Below are positions 25,856 through 39,899 of a stretch of 64,000 nucleotides of DNA, piece after piece. Position 1 is the stretch's first letter. Each line of letters begins with the position of its first letter. The stretch is from assembly GCF_001194135.2 (NCBI RefSeq), contig NC_068985.1, forward strand, positions 118,134,294-118,198,293, given 5' to 3'. The notes under the pieces were generated by a model. The model did not search any database. It was not told where the DNA came from and saw nothing but the letters and a program-made list of their open reading frames with translations. Origin of the DNA: Octopus bimaculoides. Lineage: Eukaryota. The translations under genes and the position numbers were made by a program.

Positions 25856-26189
25856 TAGCTTTGCATGAGTAAAAGGGATTCCTTAATACATATTAACTAC
25901 TTTTCTCCTATTTTGTACATCACATACTCACACATAGATATATATTCACACACACACATCTAATTTATTTATTTAGTTAATTTGCAGAAAAGTTTTAGTA
26001 ACTGCTGCCTGGCTGAGAAAGTGGAAAACTGATATATTATGTAGATTTGAATGAAATATTCATAATAATTATAAGAAACTAATACAGGACACGGTAAATG
26101 AAGTACAATATTATGTCGTTACAAAAAATTGGTTAAAAAGGTCAAGGATGGAGAAACGGTTCTTTCATTTGTTGAGACTTTGATAGCCT

Positions 26190-26465
26190 TGTGAATAACA
26201 ATGACAATAGCCAAGGTTATTTTGCACGATGTAAAGAAGTTGATAAACAGAATGATGGTGGTGGCAGTGTTGGTAGTGGTGGTGGTGGTGGTGATGATAA
26301 TGATAATGATATTGATGCTAGTAGTGCTGATGATGGTGAAGACGGTGGTAGTGGTGGTGCTGCTGCTGATGATGATGATGGCGATGATGATGATCTTGAT
26401 GAAGATTACAAGTGGAATAGTAATGGTGGAAGCGATGGAGGAGATGGTAGTGGTGGTGATGACAT
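26190..26465. repeat. Degenerate GAT/GGT trinucleotide low-complexity tract
   Basis: Mixed (GAT)n/(GGT)n runs that generate several spurious ORFs. Confidence 0.8.
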
Positions 26466-27142
26466 CCATATGCTATTGCCTTCCATCGATTAAGCTGATC
26501 ATTACCATCATTAAATGCCATATAATATTTGTCTACAGCCAGCAAAACATTTGTAATATTTTCTTGAAACTGCATATCAAACTTTGATAGCCATAATCTT
26601 AAGGTCAAAAATATACTGAAATAAAGGCCCTAAACCCCACCACATACATACTTGACGTTTATAACATTGACATCACCAAACAACATAGATCTTATCACAT
26701 ACTAACACTGCTGAAGAGAAAATTTGGAGTCCAGAAAGGCCATGATTTCAGATGATGAGAATAGTAAGTCTAAGGCCATGTGACCAGAAGAAATAGATTC
26801 ATTATTCCAGTTAAGCTTCTTTTCAGAAAGTATCTGTCTGTATGTCTATATTGAGAAACAAAGAAATTTTGTCACCACTGGGTAATCTGGAGTTGAGCTA
26901 TAGTTAAATATTGAGGAGCAACCATCACCCCATGCTTCTGTTTTACACAGTGGCACTGAAGTGATCTCTCCTGGGTGCAAGCCTGGGCTGAGTGTGTGTT
27001 GATCTTGTGTTGCCTGGCACCAGCATCTCTTCCTTAGCCTCACAGGTGTGGTCAAAAGCAGCTCCTGTGGCCAAACTGGTGCCAAACATTAGTCTGGCTA
27101 CAAGAGCTGCTCGAAGAATATTGAGTTGAATTCCAAATCACT

Positions 27143-27370
27143 TTAACCTTTTAGCATTTAAACAGGCCATATCAGGTCCAAAGATTCGACCTATTTTCTG
27201 TTCAAACTGACCAGATCTAGCTGATCACATCTACTCTACAATATTATTCTAAATATAAACAATCACATCATCAAAATATCAAAACTAAAAGATGATACAT
27301 AATTAATTCAAAGCAATATGAATCAATAAGCATTACATTTGACTGAGTAATCTGAATGCTAAAGGATTAA
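27143..27370. mobile_element. piggyBac-type MITE
   Basis: TTAA-CCTTTTAGCATT ... AATGCTAAAGGA-TTAA: inverted termini flanked by TTAA. Confidence 0.7.
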
Positions 27371-27914
27371 AGGACCCACTTCAGAAATAAGATTTATTCT
27401 TTAGCTTTTGTCTCACAAAGCAGTGAGGATATTCAACCTATAGTTATGGATCTGTATCATGGTCAGAGGCCCGTACCAAGTACTGTCAGCCAAAGCCAGC
27501 CAAACCTGGGACTATATAAGGCAGAGTGATTATGTCCTGAAGTAGCGACTGAGTTTACAAGCCACTACTTACACTCCAGCTAAACAAACATGTAGATAAT
27601 GCTTTAACTAAAATTAGAGGTAAAACAGTAGAATCCCAGAAAGCTAGCAATGGTTTGTGTTGGCAAATAATGATACATATAGTTCAAACCATGGATTAAA
27701 TTTTATTTCATGAGAAAAAAGAATTTCTCTCTGCTGAAGGGTCCTATTCATATTGTTAAACTTCTCTTCTTCCTCTTAACATTCATTCCATTGTTTGAAC
27801 TCTTTGTAAAATATGAAGGCCAAATGTGGTTCAAAGAAATAGACAAATAATTTGAGTTAACCCAGTGCCTGCCTTGACTAGAAGGTTCACATTTCACCAA
27901 TCGAGGCTGTATTT

Positions 27915-28370
27915 TGGTACAATATGTCACCCAGGTCAGGACAGGCTGAGTCAGTGCCACAAAGGGCAATATTCAGGTACAAGTGGATGCATTCATGTAC
28001 TGCATCAATGCGACCCAGGGGAGGAAGAGTATGCCTTCGCGCAGGTCGGGGAAGACGTTTGGGTAAAACCCCCAAATGCATGGTGTACATCACAATGGGG
28101 AAAGGGAACAATAACCTCCATCAATTCAAAGAACAATGTCTCTGTCGATGGTATGCCATGCATTGTTTTGGATGTGCGGAAGATTGTCAATGCCTCAGAG
28201 GATGAAATCAGCAGCAGTGGGCAAGAAGATGAAGACAGCAACAGTAGGCAAGAAGATGAAGCCAGCAGCAGCATACCAGGAACTCAGGTCAGTCCCGGGA
28301 TTGCACAGCGACCACAGAGGGAGTAGCACCCTCCTCCCTGGTTGGCTGATTATGAAACCAATTAAGGTGT
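27915..28370 (+). pseudogene. Ty3/Gypsy integrase C-terminal fragment
   Basis: YNMSPRSGQAESVPQRAIFRYKW, VGEDVWVKPPNAWCTSQWGKGTIT and RPQRE*HPPPWLADYETN*. Confidence 0.8.
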
Positions 28371-28432
28371 GAGTTCGGGAGCAAGGAGTGAGTGGGAAAG
28401 CCGGTTGAGTGATCTGTAGATCAGGGGGGGCG

Positions 28433-28710
28433 TGTGGTGTTTGTGGTGTTATGGGCTGTGATGGTGTTGGTGGAGAGGATTGCAGATGAGGCAAACGGAA
28501 GTGAAGACTGCAGGGACCAGCAGAAGAGCCATGGGGGCATGCGTGGACAGAGAGCACATGCGGGCAGTTCGAGGAGAGACGGTGTGTGTGAAAGGTCGTG
28601 TTTTTACCTGGTCAGTGATCGCTGATCCTGCCAGTCAACAGATAAGGTCTCTGTATTTCTTTCTCCCTTTTGCTTCTTTTTCTGTTGTCTTTTTCTTCCA
28701 TCACGTTACA
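28433..28710 (+). mobile_element. 3' LTR of the Gypsy fragment
   Basis: Polypurine tract AGATCAGGGGGGG immediately before TGTGG. The LTR ends TTACA at 28710. Confidence 0.75.
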
Positions 28711-29036
28711 TAAATATATGATATTTACTTTGTATTATATTATACTTATTTATTGTGCTTTTACTTATTAATTTTTCTATATGTGACAGTGGATTTTCAT
28801 CGATGAGTTCATGAACCTTGGTTCTTTTCCCTAAAACTATATATATATCTATATATATNNNNNNNNNNNNNNNNNNNNNNNNNNNNNNNNNNNNNNNNNN
28901 NNNNNNNNNNNNNNNNNNNNNNNNNNNNNNNNNNNNNNNNNNNNNNNNNNNNNNNNNNNNNNNNNNNNNNNNNNNNNNNNNNNNNNNNNNNNNNNNNNNN
29001 NNNNNNNNNNNNNNNNNNNNNNNNNNNNNNNNNNNN

Positions 29037-29085
<49 letters not shown>

Positions 29086-30086
29086 CACATACGTATATAA
29101 ACACACACAGAGAAGTGAATGTGTGTGTGCATGCATGTGTGTGTGTGTGTTTGTGTGTGTTTATAAGACAGGCATCTATGCAGTTTTTTCACTCAAATTT
29201 TACAATATAATTGGTTACCACAAGGTTACATAATAGGACACTTACCTAAAGTGTCACAAGTGGGATCAAATCTGGAATCATGTATTTGTGGAACAAACTC
29301 CTTAAACACCGTCATATGTGATAACAATGATAACAGGGGTGTGACATCTGTAACTCTGTTTTAGAAAGCTGTGTTGATCATGGATACTTAACGATGTCAC
29401 TGATAAGATATGTACTGCCAATTGCCAACTTCTTTGCTTGTTGCTTGATACCCTATTAATTTGACTCGGTTCTTCTAAAGCTCTAAATAAATAGAAACCA
29501 GGTTTAATAATTTTGAATGTTTTCAATACTATGAATAAATACAGTAGGTTTATATGTGGCTAATATTCAGAAAGAAAAAAAAAAAGGTAATTGAACGCTT
29601 GGAATGATAAGAGTTAATAATTTTCCAGTTAGCAGTGATGCAAGAGTTTAGGGTATATATGTGGCGTTAATCAAAAGAGAGAGAAATTTGTCCCTTGATA
29701 TAACTCATGACTATAGCTGACATTTTTCTCAACACAAGAGATCAAATTTAACACAACAAATCAACAAATCACTCATTTTCAGTGCTGCCCTGCGTTCAGC
29801 CATGACTTCAGTCTGGCAACTATTCAAAGCTCGGCACAGCATCAGTAATAAGATACACTCTGTCTCTTGGCTAGTTGTTAGGCACTCGCTATTGACTTGA
29901 CTGCCTATGCTCACTCTGGACTAAATGCCTTTCAGTATTTCCTTTCTTTGAGGGAGGTGGATTAATAGAAACATTACAGTGTCTCAAACTAAATAATTTC
30001 CTTTTCTGAGCCTAAATTTCATTGATGCCAGCTTTCTATTTCATCTGTCTGTAGTTGGTAAAATAAAGTGGCAGTCATATCTTTCA

Positions 30087-30202
30087 ATTGGGTTCAGTCC
30101 CACTGCATGACACCTTGGACAAGTGACTTCTACTACAGCCGTGAGCACTGAGTGAGCAGCCTAGTGAGTGGATTTGGGAGATGGAAAATATAAGAAGCCC
30201 AT

Positions 30203-30247
<45 letters not shown>

Positions 30248-30466
30248 ATGTGTGTGTGTGTGCGTGTATGTGTGTGTCCTCACCATCACTTGACAACCAG
30301 TACTGGTGTGTTTATGTCCCTCTAACTTAGCAGTTCAGCAAAAGAGACCAACAATATAAGTATCAGACTTTAAAAAAATAAGTTCTGAGGTCAATTTGTT
30401 TGATTAAAGTTCTTTAAGGTAGTGCCCCAACATGGCTGTGGTCTAATGACTGAAATGAGTAACAGA
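30087..30466 (+). mobile_element. Bipartite tRNA/CORE-like SINE with internal (TG)n spacer
   Basis: Head GGTTCAGTCCC...CACCTTGGACAAGT, then a (TG)n spacer, then the 3' module as at 11490. Confidence 0.8.
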
Positions 30467-31692
30467 CATATTTTTCTTTACAACTCTATTGCCTGTACTT
30501 GTACTTTAGCTTCTATAATCTTCACAACCATATTTTAGGTTCAAATCTGACCAGGATTCATATTTTCATTCACAGCTTAAAAAAACTTATTTCACAATAA
30601 ATTACGGACTGTCAAGTTGATTTCAACATGCCAGTTAATTGATCAACTGGCTGACCTGTGGAATTAATGTATGAAGTGGTTGAGTTACTTTCAGCTAGAA
30701 CAAGCTTGACACAGATATCATGGATCTTTGTATTACAAGTACCATCCATCCAACAGGCCTTTACATGGTTTCCATCTATCCAAATTCACTTACATTTGAG
30801 ATAACCCAAAACAATGGTAAACAGACTTGCCCAAGATGTCATGCAAAGCAGATCAAACCAAAGACCTTATGGCTGCAAAGTGAATTTTTTAATCATTCAA
30901 CAATGGAAATTTGCATATCATCCTCGCACAAATACTCGAGTTGATTCAATTGACTAAGTACTGACTCCCACAAATTTACAGTCTTGTGCCAGTGTAACAA
31001 ATCAAAATTTAAGGCAAAATCTCACTGAGGTCAACTTTGTCTCTCATCCTTCTGGGGTTGATAAAATAAGTACCAGTAAGGTAGTAGGGTCAATTAAAAC
31101 GATGCACTCTCTTCTCCAAATCTGTTGTTTGGGTGGAGTGTAAGAAATCAATATTTATAGTGAAAAACATACTAAAAACAAAATAAGACCATGTATAAAC
31201 TGTTTAATCATAAATCCTTTTCATTAACTATTTTCCTAAATGTTGTTATGCATATGAATAGACTTCTATTTATATCTGTTATGAAACATTTTGTACTTTA
31301 GCGTCTTATTTTAATAATGCATTTATCATTCCATTATATTATTGTCATGATTCTTTTCATTATTCAAATCACCTCTGCATATTTGATCATGTTTGTTGCA
31401 TTGCATCATACAATGTATTTTGTATTTAGGTGTACACGATTGTTTGAAGTATATTATGACCTTGTTCCATCCTAAATCTGTTTCTATGCCCAATGATTCA
31501 TTCAATTCTGTCTTATGAGAGAGAACAGTCAAGAAAGTTTCTGTATTTCTGAAGTTAAAGTAGTGGTTATTGATTAAAATGTTTATATACCTGAGATAAA
31601 TTCTTACACATGAGTAGCTATACCTGGTTTCCTCCAGGTTTATTGATAATTAAAATAAATATAATCATATGAATTCATAATCTTCATCATCA

Positions 31693-32060
31693 TCATTTAA
31701 CGTCTGCTTTCCATGCTGGCATGGGTTGGATGGTTTGACTGAGGACTGGCAAGCCAGAAGGCTGTACCAGGCTCCAATCTGATCTGGCAAGGTTTCTACT
31801 GCTGGATACCCTTCCTAACGCCAACCACTCTGAGTGTGTAGTGGGTGCTTTTTATGTGCCACCGGCATGACGGTCAATCAGGCAGTACTGGCATCGACCG
31901 TGCTTGAATGTTGCTTTTTACGTGCCACTGGCATGGGAATCAGTCAGGCGGCACTGGCAATGACCATGCTTGAATGGTGCTGTTTATGTGCCACCGGCAT
32001 GGGAGCCAGTCAGGTGGAACTGGCAATGGCCACACTCAGATGGTGCTTTTATGCAATACA
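31693..32060 (-). mobile_element. RTE-tail SINE with internal tandem units of about 60 bp
   Basis: CATCATCAT tail on the plus strand. Repeated GTGCTTTT(T)A(T/C)GTGCCAC(C/T)GGCATG units. Confidence 0.8.
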
Positions 32061-32139
32061 AGCAGTAAGCAAAAAATAAAATAGAACAGAGTGGTGACAT
32101 TTAGTAGAGATGACCCAGAAGTTGTTCCTCTTCGATTAC

Positions 32140-32376
32140 TATCACAAACAGCAGTAGCTTTCTTCAACTGAATACATGTCGTTGATTGGTTAAAATTATT
32201 CAATTATTCAAATACGACAACTTTAACATGAAATAACTTCTAAAATACGAAATTTTGTCAAAAATGTTCAAAGTAAACTGTGTTCTGCATGAGAAATTAC
32301 ACCAGTATATGAAGTTTCAAACTGTTTAGTTAAAAGAAATTAATTAAAAAATCTGTGAGCCAAACTGAACAGATCC
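32140..32376. mobile_element. Non-autonomous DNA transposon related to the 56344-56633 element
   Basis: Shares AAATACGACAACTTTAACATG(A/G)AATAACTT with the segment near 56480. Ends ...GAACAGATCC. Confidence 0.5.
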
Positions 32377-32896
32377 CCAGGTCCCTGTAACTTGTAGTTT
32401 GGCAAAAGAGACCAATAGAATAAGTACTAGGTTTAAAAAATAAGTCCTGGGTTGATTTATTTGACTAAAACCCTTCAAGGCAGTGCTCCAGCATGACCTC
32501 ATTCAAATGACTGAAACAAATAAAAGAATAGAAGAGCTACTAAAAGATTCATGCTCTGAGACACATTAAATTGGCAGATTTATGCAACATGCCATATATT
32601 TCCAAGCAATCTTTCAGGCTCAGTTCATAATGTTAGAGGTATTTAAAAATGAGGATGTTGGTCTTTGAGAAAACATGAGAAAAAAAGCAAGAAGGAAAAA
32701 AAAATGCAAAGAAGGTTGACATAAAAAGGGGAACAAGAAGACAGAAATGAAAAGAAAACATAAATCTTCATCTTCTATGATTATAGAAACCATAATTAAT
32801 GTAACTGGTGCAGAATAATATAAGAGAAAAGAGGCCAAAGTCTATGAGATAGCTACTCAATCTGGAGATGGTGGTGTCCCCCAGTTCACATACACA

Positions 32897-32936
<40 letters not shown>

Positions 32937-32945
32937 TAAGTTCAT

Positions 32946-33002
32946 TATTACTACTATTATTATTATTATTTTATTATTATTATTATTATTATTATTATCA
33001 TG

Positions 33003-33064
<62 letters not shown>

Positions 33065-33066
33065 CA
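32946..33066. repeat. (ATT)n microsatellite (3' flank/tail of the R4/Dong element)
   Basis: Long ATT array. A second ATT array lies at about 33718-33752. Confidence 0.9.
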
Positions 33067-33712
33067 TTGCCTTTGCACAGCTTCTAACGCTGGAGATGTA
33101 CTACGGTGTTAGCTGTTCACTACCAGTGAACTAAGGTAACACGTCTTATTTTTCGAGTACCTTTTGGAGTATTTGAGCGGTTCCAAGCAGTGCTGTTTTC
33201 TGCAAACGCTCCTCTCTTATTGCAGCCCCTATTTGTTCCATGTACTTCTTGAGATTTTTGCTCACTGTTTCCAGGGCTCTGACAATTATTGGTAGTACTG
33301 TAACCTTTTTCATCCCCACAACTGCTTAACTTCCCAAGCTAACCTGTCATATCTCTCGACTTTTCTTTCTTCCTTATCGCATACCATAATGCTATATCTA
33401 TGATCCAGCATAGCTTGTTTTCTTTCTCAATTAAGACTATGTCTGGCTTCCTATTCTCTATCTCATGGTCACACTGAATCATAAAATCCCATAGGATTTT
33501 TGCATTTTTATTTTCGATGATGCCTTCGGGTTTGTGGTTGTACCAATTTTTTGCTCTGTTAAGTCCATATTTGTTGCAAAGTGTCCAATGGACAAGCCTG
33601 GCTGTATTGTCATGGTGTCTCTTATATTCCTTCTGGACTAGTGACGTACATTGGCTAGTAATATGCCATACGGTTTCACGTACATTGGCTGGTAATATGC
33701 CATACGGTTTCA
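33067..33712 (-). mobile_element. 5'-truncated R4/Dong-clade RLE non-LTR retrotransposon
   Basis: ETVWHITSQC (end of zinc knuckle), KRHHDNTARLVHWTLC, KILWDFMIQCD, RKPDIVLIEKENKLCWIIDIA (RLE) and LQKTALLGTAQILQKVL*. Confidence 0.9.
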
Positions 33713-33713
33713 A

Positions 33714-33755
<42 letters not shown>

Positions 33756-33769
33756 TCCTTCATTAGACA

Positions 33770-34180
33770 CGAAACTCGGCTTGCGAAGACCTGTTGGGGC
33801 AAGCGAAAGTGAAATCGTGATGGCACCTGTGCCCAGCGTTGCCTTTCTGGCACTTGTGCCCATGGCATGTGTAAGGACTTTCGAGCGAGATCGTTGCCAG
33901 TGCCGCTGGACTGGCTCTTGTGCGGGTGGCACGTAAAATACACCATTTTGAGCATGGCCATTACCAGTACCGCCTGACTGGCCTTCGTGCCGGTGGCACG
34001 TAAAAGCACCCACTACACTCTCGGAGTGGTTGGCGTTAGGAAGAGCATCCACCTGTAGAAACTCTGCCAAACCAGATTGGAGCCTGGTGAAGCCATCTGG
34101 TTTCACCAGTCCTCAGTCAAATCGTCCAACCCATGCTAGCATGGAAAGCGGACGTTAAACGATGATGATGATGATGATAG
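33770..34180 (+). mobile_element. RTE-tail SINE / LINE 3' end, CpG-rich (younger) copy
   Basis: GGAGTGGTTGGCGTTAGGAAG...CGTCCAACCCATGCTAGCATGGAAAGCGGACGTTAAAC followed by (GAT)n. Confidence 0.8.
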
Positions 34181-34224
34181 AGCAAGAGGGAGAGGGATAT
34201 AAATACGCATATGCATATCTTTTA

Positions 34225-34433
34225 TGTATAACAACTTGTTTCAGTCATCGGACTGCAGCTATGCTGGAGTACTGCCTTGAAGGATTTTAGTCAAATGAAT
34301 TAACCTCAGTATGTATTCTTTTAAAGCCTTGTACTTATTCTATCCACATTTTTATTGCTGAACCACTAAGTTATGAGAATTTAAACACACCAACACAAAA
34401 AAGCACACACACATACATACATACATACATGCA

Positions 34434-34464
<31 letters not shown>

Positions 34465-34630
34465 GGCAGGTTTTTCTTTCAGTTTCTGTCTACCAAATCC
34501 ACTCACAAGGCTTTGATCAGCCTGAGGCTATAGTAGAAGACCCTTGCCCAAGGTGCCATACAGTGAGACTGAACCCAGAGCTATGTGGTTAGAAAGCAAA
34601 CTTTTTTACCACACAGCTATCCCTGTGCCT

Positions 34631-34632
<2 letters not shown>
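34225..34632 (-). mobile_element. Bipartite tRNA/CORE-like SINE with (TATG)n spacer
   Basis: The head matches 6382-6543 and the tail matches the 11490 module. Confidence 0.8.
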
Positions 34633-34662
<30 letters not shown>

Positions 34663-34666
34663 GCAT

Positions 34667-34738
<72 letters not shown>

Positions 34739-35845
34739 GTAGATAGATAGACAGACAAATAGATAAAGTCTCCCTCCCATGAGTGGGTTGAAGTTCTATT
34801 ACTTGTTAATGAAATACAGAGGTACAAAGAAAAAGAAGAGAAGCAATGAGTAGGAAGGAAATGAAAACTATTTCTTAAATACTAGGACAAAAACTTGCTC
34901 GATTTTTGCTAGTATTTCTATGTTCATATAATACTAGCAAATACAAAACAAGTGAAGTGAATCAAGTCTTGTTGTTCTTTGTTGTTTAATAAAATCTGTC
35001 TGAAAAAAGATCATAAAGAAAATTATGAACACGTGTGTGTGTGTGTGTGTGTATTTATGTATGTGCTCATGCGTGCACATATGTATATGTTCACAAATAA
35101 CTAGACTACACTTTGTGTATGTTAATTTGTATTTGTTAGGGAACCTTAACAGACCTGGATCTGTGTAAGGAAAACATTTATGATATTCAGTTTCAGAATT
35201 GTGAATGAACTGTGTCAGTATTTAGACTTAACTCACTCAATAGGAATGACTTGACAGCTTTTGTATTTTTATAGTATTATTTGGTCTGTCGCTCAAAGTG
35301 TGTGAATTTGTTATTAGAGTAAGTTTATATATATATATATAATGTGTGTGTGTGTGTGTGTGTGTTGTGTTGTGTTTGAATGGTTAGGGACTTATACATG
35401 TGTCTCAAGCATCAAGGATTGGTCTTTTGTTTGTTGATCAAAATGTCTTGGTTGCTTAGGTGCCTGGTATTGTATATATATGTATGAGGAAAAATTATGA
35501 AGCACAACAGAGATCACAGGAATTACATGAGAGTATTTAAAGTTTTATGCTGGGAAAAAAAAATGTGGTTATTTATTCCACCCCCCCTCAGAAATACAGA
35601 TATAAATAAAATACAGATATAAATAATAAAAAAAAGCAAAAAGCAAAAACAACAAAAAACCCAACATTAGTCTAAAAACTATGTGAGATTCTGATTTCTG
35701 TATAGTAGGACTTGTACAAATTTAATCTGATATTTAGAAATCCACTTATTCTCCCTGGGAGTCTGTTGGCCATCAGTCAATATCTAGAATTGATTATCCT
35801 ATGGTTTAGATCAAACCACCAGATAAATCAATAAACACAAACACA

Positions 35846-35910
<65 letters not shown>

Positions 35911-38459
35911 TTGTATGTATCATCATCATCGTTTAACATCTGTTTTCCATGCTGTCATAGGTTAGATGGTTTGACTGGGAGAGATAAGATGGAGAGCTGC
36001 ATCAGGCTCCAGTCTGTTTTGGCTTGGTCCTATGGCTGGATGCCCTTCCTAATGCCAACCATTCCATAAAGTGTGCAGGCTGTCTTANNNNNNNNNNNNN
36101 NNNNNNNNNNNNNNNNNNNNNNNNNNNNNNNNNNNNNNNNNNNNNNNNNNNNNNNNNNNNNNNNNNNNNNNNNNNNNNNNNNNNNNNNNNNNNNNNNNNN
36201 NNNNNNNNNNNNNNNNNNNNNNNNNNNNNNNNNNNNNNNNNNNNNNNNNNNNNNNNNNNNNNNNNNNNNNNNNNNNNNNNNNNNNNNNNNNNNNNNNNNN
36301 NNNNNNNNNNNNNNNNNNNNNNNNNNNNNNNNNNNNNNNNNNNNNNNNNNNNNNNNNNNNNNNNNNNNNNNNNNNNNNNNNNNNNNNNNNNNNNNNNNNN
36401 NNNNNNNNNNNNNNNNNNNNNNNNNNNNNNNNNNNNNNNNNNNNNNNNNNNNNNNNNNATATATATATATGTATGTATATATGTATATATGTATATATAT
36501 GTATATCTGTGTGCATATCTCTTTGTTTGGGATCTTTCCTGTTTGGTTTCACCTGTGGAAATTTCAAAGTTTAGAGAAAACTTCGATGCAATTTTTCATA
36601 CTGGATCTCAGGGATTTAACTTTTTTCCAGAAAACATTTTAAAATAGTTACACAGGTTTAAAGTTTGCTAGTTTTTACCCAGTCAGATAACAGGATTTCA
36701 AAGCTGTCACTTTGTGCATGACATCATGTGTTGTCAACTGTAAACAAATGAAATATTGGTGGAATTCAGCTTTCTTATTTTCTCTGAACACAAAGATCTG
36801 GGTTCAATTCCTAGGTAATGAGTTGGTGTTTGGGAGTCTGCCAATATTCCTGCTACATACATACGTACACACGCACAAACACACACACACATGCATGCAC
36901 GCACACACACACACACACACACACGCATGCACGCCCACACACACACACACACACTGTATGTATGCATATATTCATAAGTATGTGTGTGCATGCGTGTTTG
37001 TGTGTGTGTATGTGTGTGTGTATGTATGTATATGTAGAGGATTATAACATTTATATTTATATTATGTTAATGAACTAAAATATGTCAATTGTAAATCTCC
37101 ATATTCTTTTCCTTTATATATATATATGTGTGTGTGTGTGCGTGTGTGTGTGTGTGTGGGTGGGTGGGTGTGTGTGTCTGTGTGTGTGTGCAGGTTGTTG
37201 TCAACATACGACCACAATTGGTTCTGATAGACTAGTCATAAGTCAATTTGGTTGTAAGTTGACCTATAGGCCTACATAGCTTTGTAGCTTTGTTTTATAT
37301 TTTTACATTCTTAAGGTAAAAGTCACACACAACATTCTGTATTATACTATTATACTGGCGTTAGTGAAAAATTTCAGAGTCTTGAGCAGTTGTCTTATAA
37401 ACAAATACGAGGTTGCCTTGATGTAAATGCAACAGGATAGCCATCCAAAACAGTGGCGATCAATAACTAAACCCTGAGGAAGTTTTTGTTAGCTGACATC
37501 ATCCGTAAATGCATTAAATTAAATCCATTAGATTTCAGCTGTAATGTTTATTACTGCTGCTGGAAGCTGGCGTACTAATTGTCGTAAAGTTGATCAGTTG
37601 TAAGTTGGATAGGTCATTAGTTGATGACGACCTGTATATATATTTGAAAAATTTAACAAAAGGCAAAATTTTACAAAAACATAAACAGAAAATTCGTTGC
37701 TTCTTCCTAATCACTCAACACCCAAAAGATCACTACAATTTCATGCCTTTAACGTTGATATTGTTCACTTTTGGTGGCACCAGTGGTGAAAAGCCACTGG
37801 GAATAGCTAACAAATGTACAGGACAGTGACGAAAACAAAATCAACAAAATAAAACATACATATACAACAAAAAAAGCCATGCAGTTGCATGACAGACACA
37901 TATGGGGTAACACAAAGGAAAATGAAAAGGACATCATCTCCTCAAGAAGTATACCCACGCCCCCGACCCTGTCATTGTTCTCTGCCCAGAAAATCTTATA
38001 CCTATGTTCTTTGCCTGTGAGGAACCAAGCAGAACTTCCTCTCCACCTTATATAAATATATGTATGTATGTATATATACATACATACATCATCCTAATCG
38101 TCATCCTCTTAACATTTCCTTTTTCATGCTTGCATGGGTCAGGCAAAATTGAGGCAGATTTCCTACAGCCAGATGCCCTTTCTGTCATCAACCGTCATCG
38201 GTTTCCAAGCAAAATGATATTTCCTCATGACTGGACATGTTTTCATGGAAGACTGGTAATGAATGACAACACTTGTGTGATAGTGGCACTTGTTTACAAC
38301 TATCTTGAAAACAAAGAAACATAAACACACATGCATACACACATACGCACACACACACACATGCACGATGGACATCTTTTACTTTGCGTCTACGAAATTT
38401 AGTTTCAAGGCACTTGTCTAAAGTTATACAAAGTACAATACTAAGTGACAAATCATAAG

Positions 38460-38490
<31 letters not shown>

Positions 38491-38865
38491 NNNNNNNNNN
38501 ACACACACAAATATAAATATTTTTGTGTTTCATTCTTATTGGAAAGGCCTTTCTCACGAATAAACTTATTTTAGTGGTGGTTGTCATTGTTGTTCTATTA
38601 TAAATAGAAATCATGGGAACAATGTTGTGTTCCAAATTCTTATCACTGGACTTGAAATTTTTGACTATTGATGTCAAGCTTCTGCGTTATAAAAATAGTT
38701 TGGCTCTGGTATCAAGTGTGGCTTTGTTGCTGGGATACATTGTGTGTGTAATTGAGTTTTGCAGTATATTTTGCTATTAATGCACACACACACACACACA
38801 CTGACATGCACACACACACACACACATGCAGATATATGCATGAATATATATGCATATATAAAGAA

Positions 38866-39560
38866 CATGGTATCAAAAAGTTCCCAGGCTAGTTACGTTT
38901 AATAAAAAATAACTCATTTACCTAAGTTTTAACATCATCTTCAAAATAGTCACCTTGTACAGTAATAGACTAGTCCTAGTGCTCCTGCCACTTTTGGAAT
39001 CCAGCCTAGAAATCGTTTTCCATAGGTAAGTCAAAGACCTTCTGCAATTCGCTCTGGATCTTGGCAATGTTATCAAAATGGCAACCTTTGAGCTGCATTT
39101 TCATCTTGAGGAAGATGTGGGAGTCTGCAGGTGGTAAATCTGGTGAATAGGGCAGATGCAGAAACAATACAATGTTGCTTTTGGTGAGAAACTCACAAGT
39201 GAGGTAGAGCTCAGTGATCGGATGCATTGTTGTTGTGAAGAATGCAATTCTCTGTGCTCCATAGATCCGGTCACATTTGCCAAATGTCCTCATTCAAAAA
39301 CTCCAAAACGCTGCAATAGAACTCTCAATTGACAGTCTGGCCCTGGGAGATGAATTTTCGATGCACAATACCACATTTCTGGAGGTGCCGATCATGGCAG
39401 GTCTTCCAGATCACTCATCATCTTCCAAGTACGTTCTTTTACTTTTGAAGCACCCGTGCCACTTGAAACATTGTGTACAATCCATTGTTTCAGTCATAGC
39501 TGAATCCAAATACTGGCTTTTACATTTTCTCTCTATTTCTCATTTTCCATTCTGATTCCT
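38866..39560 (-). mobile_element. Mariner relic
   Basis: TIR-like GGTATCAAAAAGTTCCCAGG. Minus frames give FFTTTMHP and LHLPYSPDLPPADSHIFLKMKMQLKG. Confidence 0.8.
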
Positions 39561-39899
39561 GACAAAGGACCACAGACTAAAACAGTGAACTCTCTTCTGC
39601 TTCTTCCTGTTTACAGCATAAAATGAATTACCTCCTACTTCTGTTTGCTTTTGCTGTTTGTTTTGCTCTTGTAATCTTTTGGAATATTGTTACCCTGTTT
39701 TGCTCTTGTGTTTTCCTTTTGCCAAACAGAGAGATTTATACTCTCAGTAAGATGGAGTAACAATAAGTTATCTCACCAAAAGCACAATAGCAGTAGTTTA
39801 TATAACCAATTTAGAGAAAGAAGTCAAACAAAAATATATACTCTTAATTTTCACTTCATATGTCTACAATATATTCATTGTAACAGATACATGAGAAAG

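Noticed and set aside
26119-26608. Gly/Asp-, His- and Val-rich ORFs
   Set aside because: Degenerate trinucleotide tract open in most frames, with no splice or domain support.
31834-32050. Regularly spaced repeats resembling a CRISPR array
   Set aside because: The spacers are similar to each other. These are internal tandem units of an RTE-tail SINE in a eukaryotic genome.
39604-39735. Signal-peptide-like ORF MNYLLLLFAFAVCFALV...
   Set aside because: Only 42 codons of T-rich low-complexity sequence next to TE debris, so the hydrophobicity is a compositional artefact.
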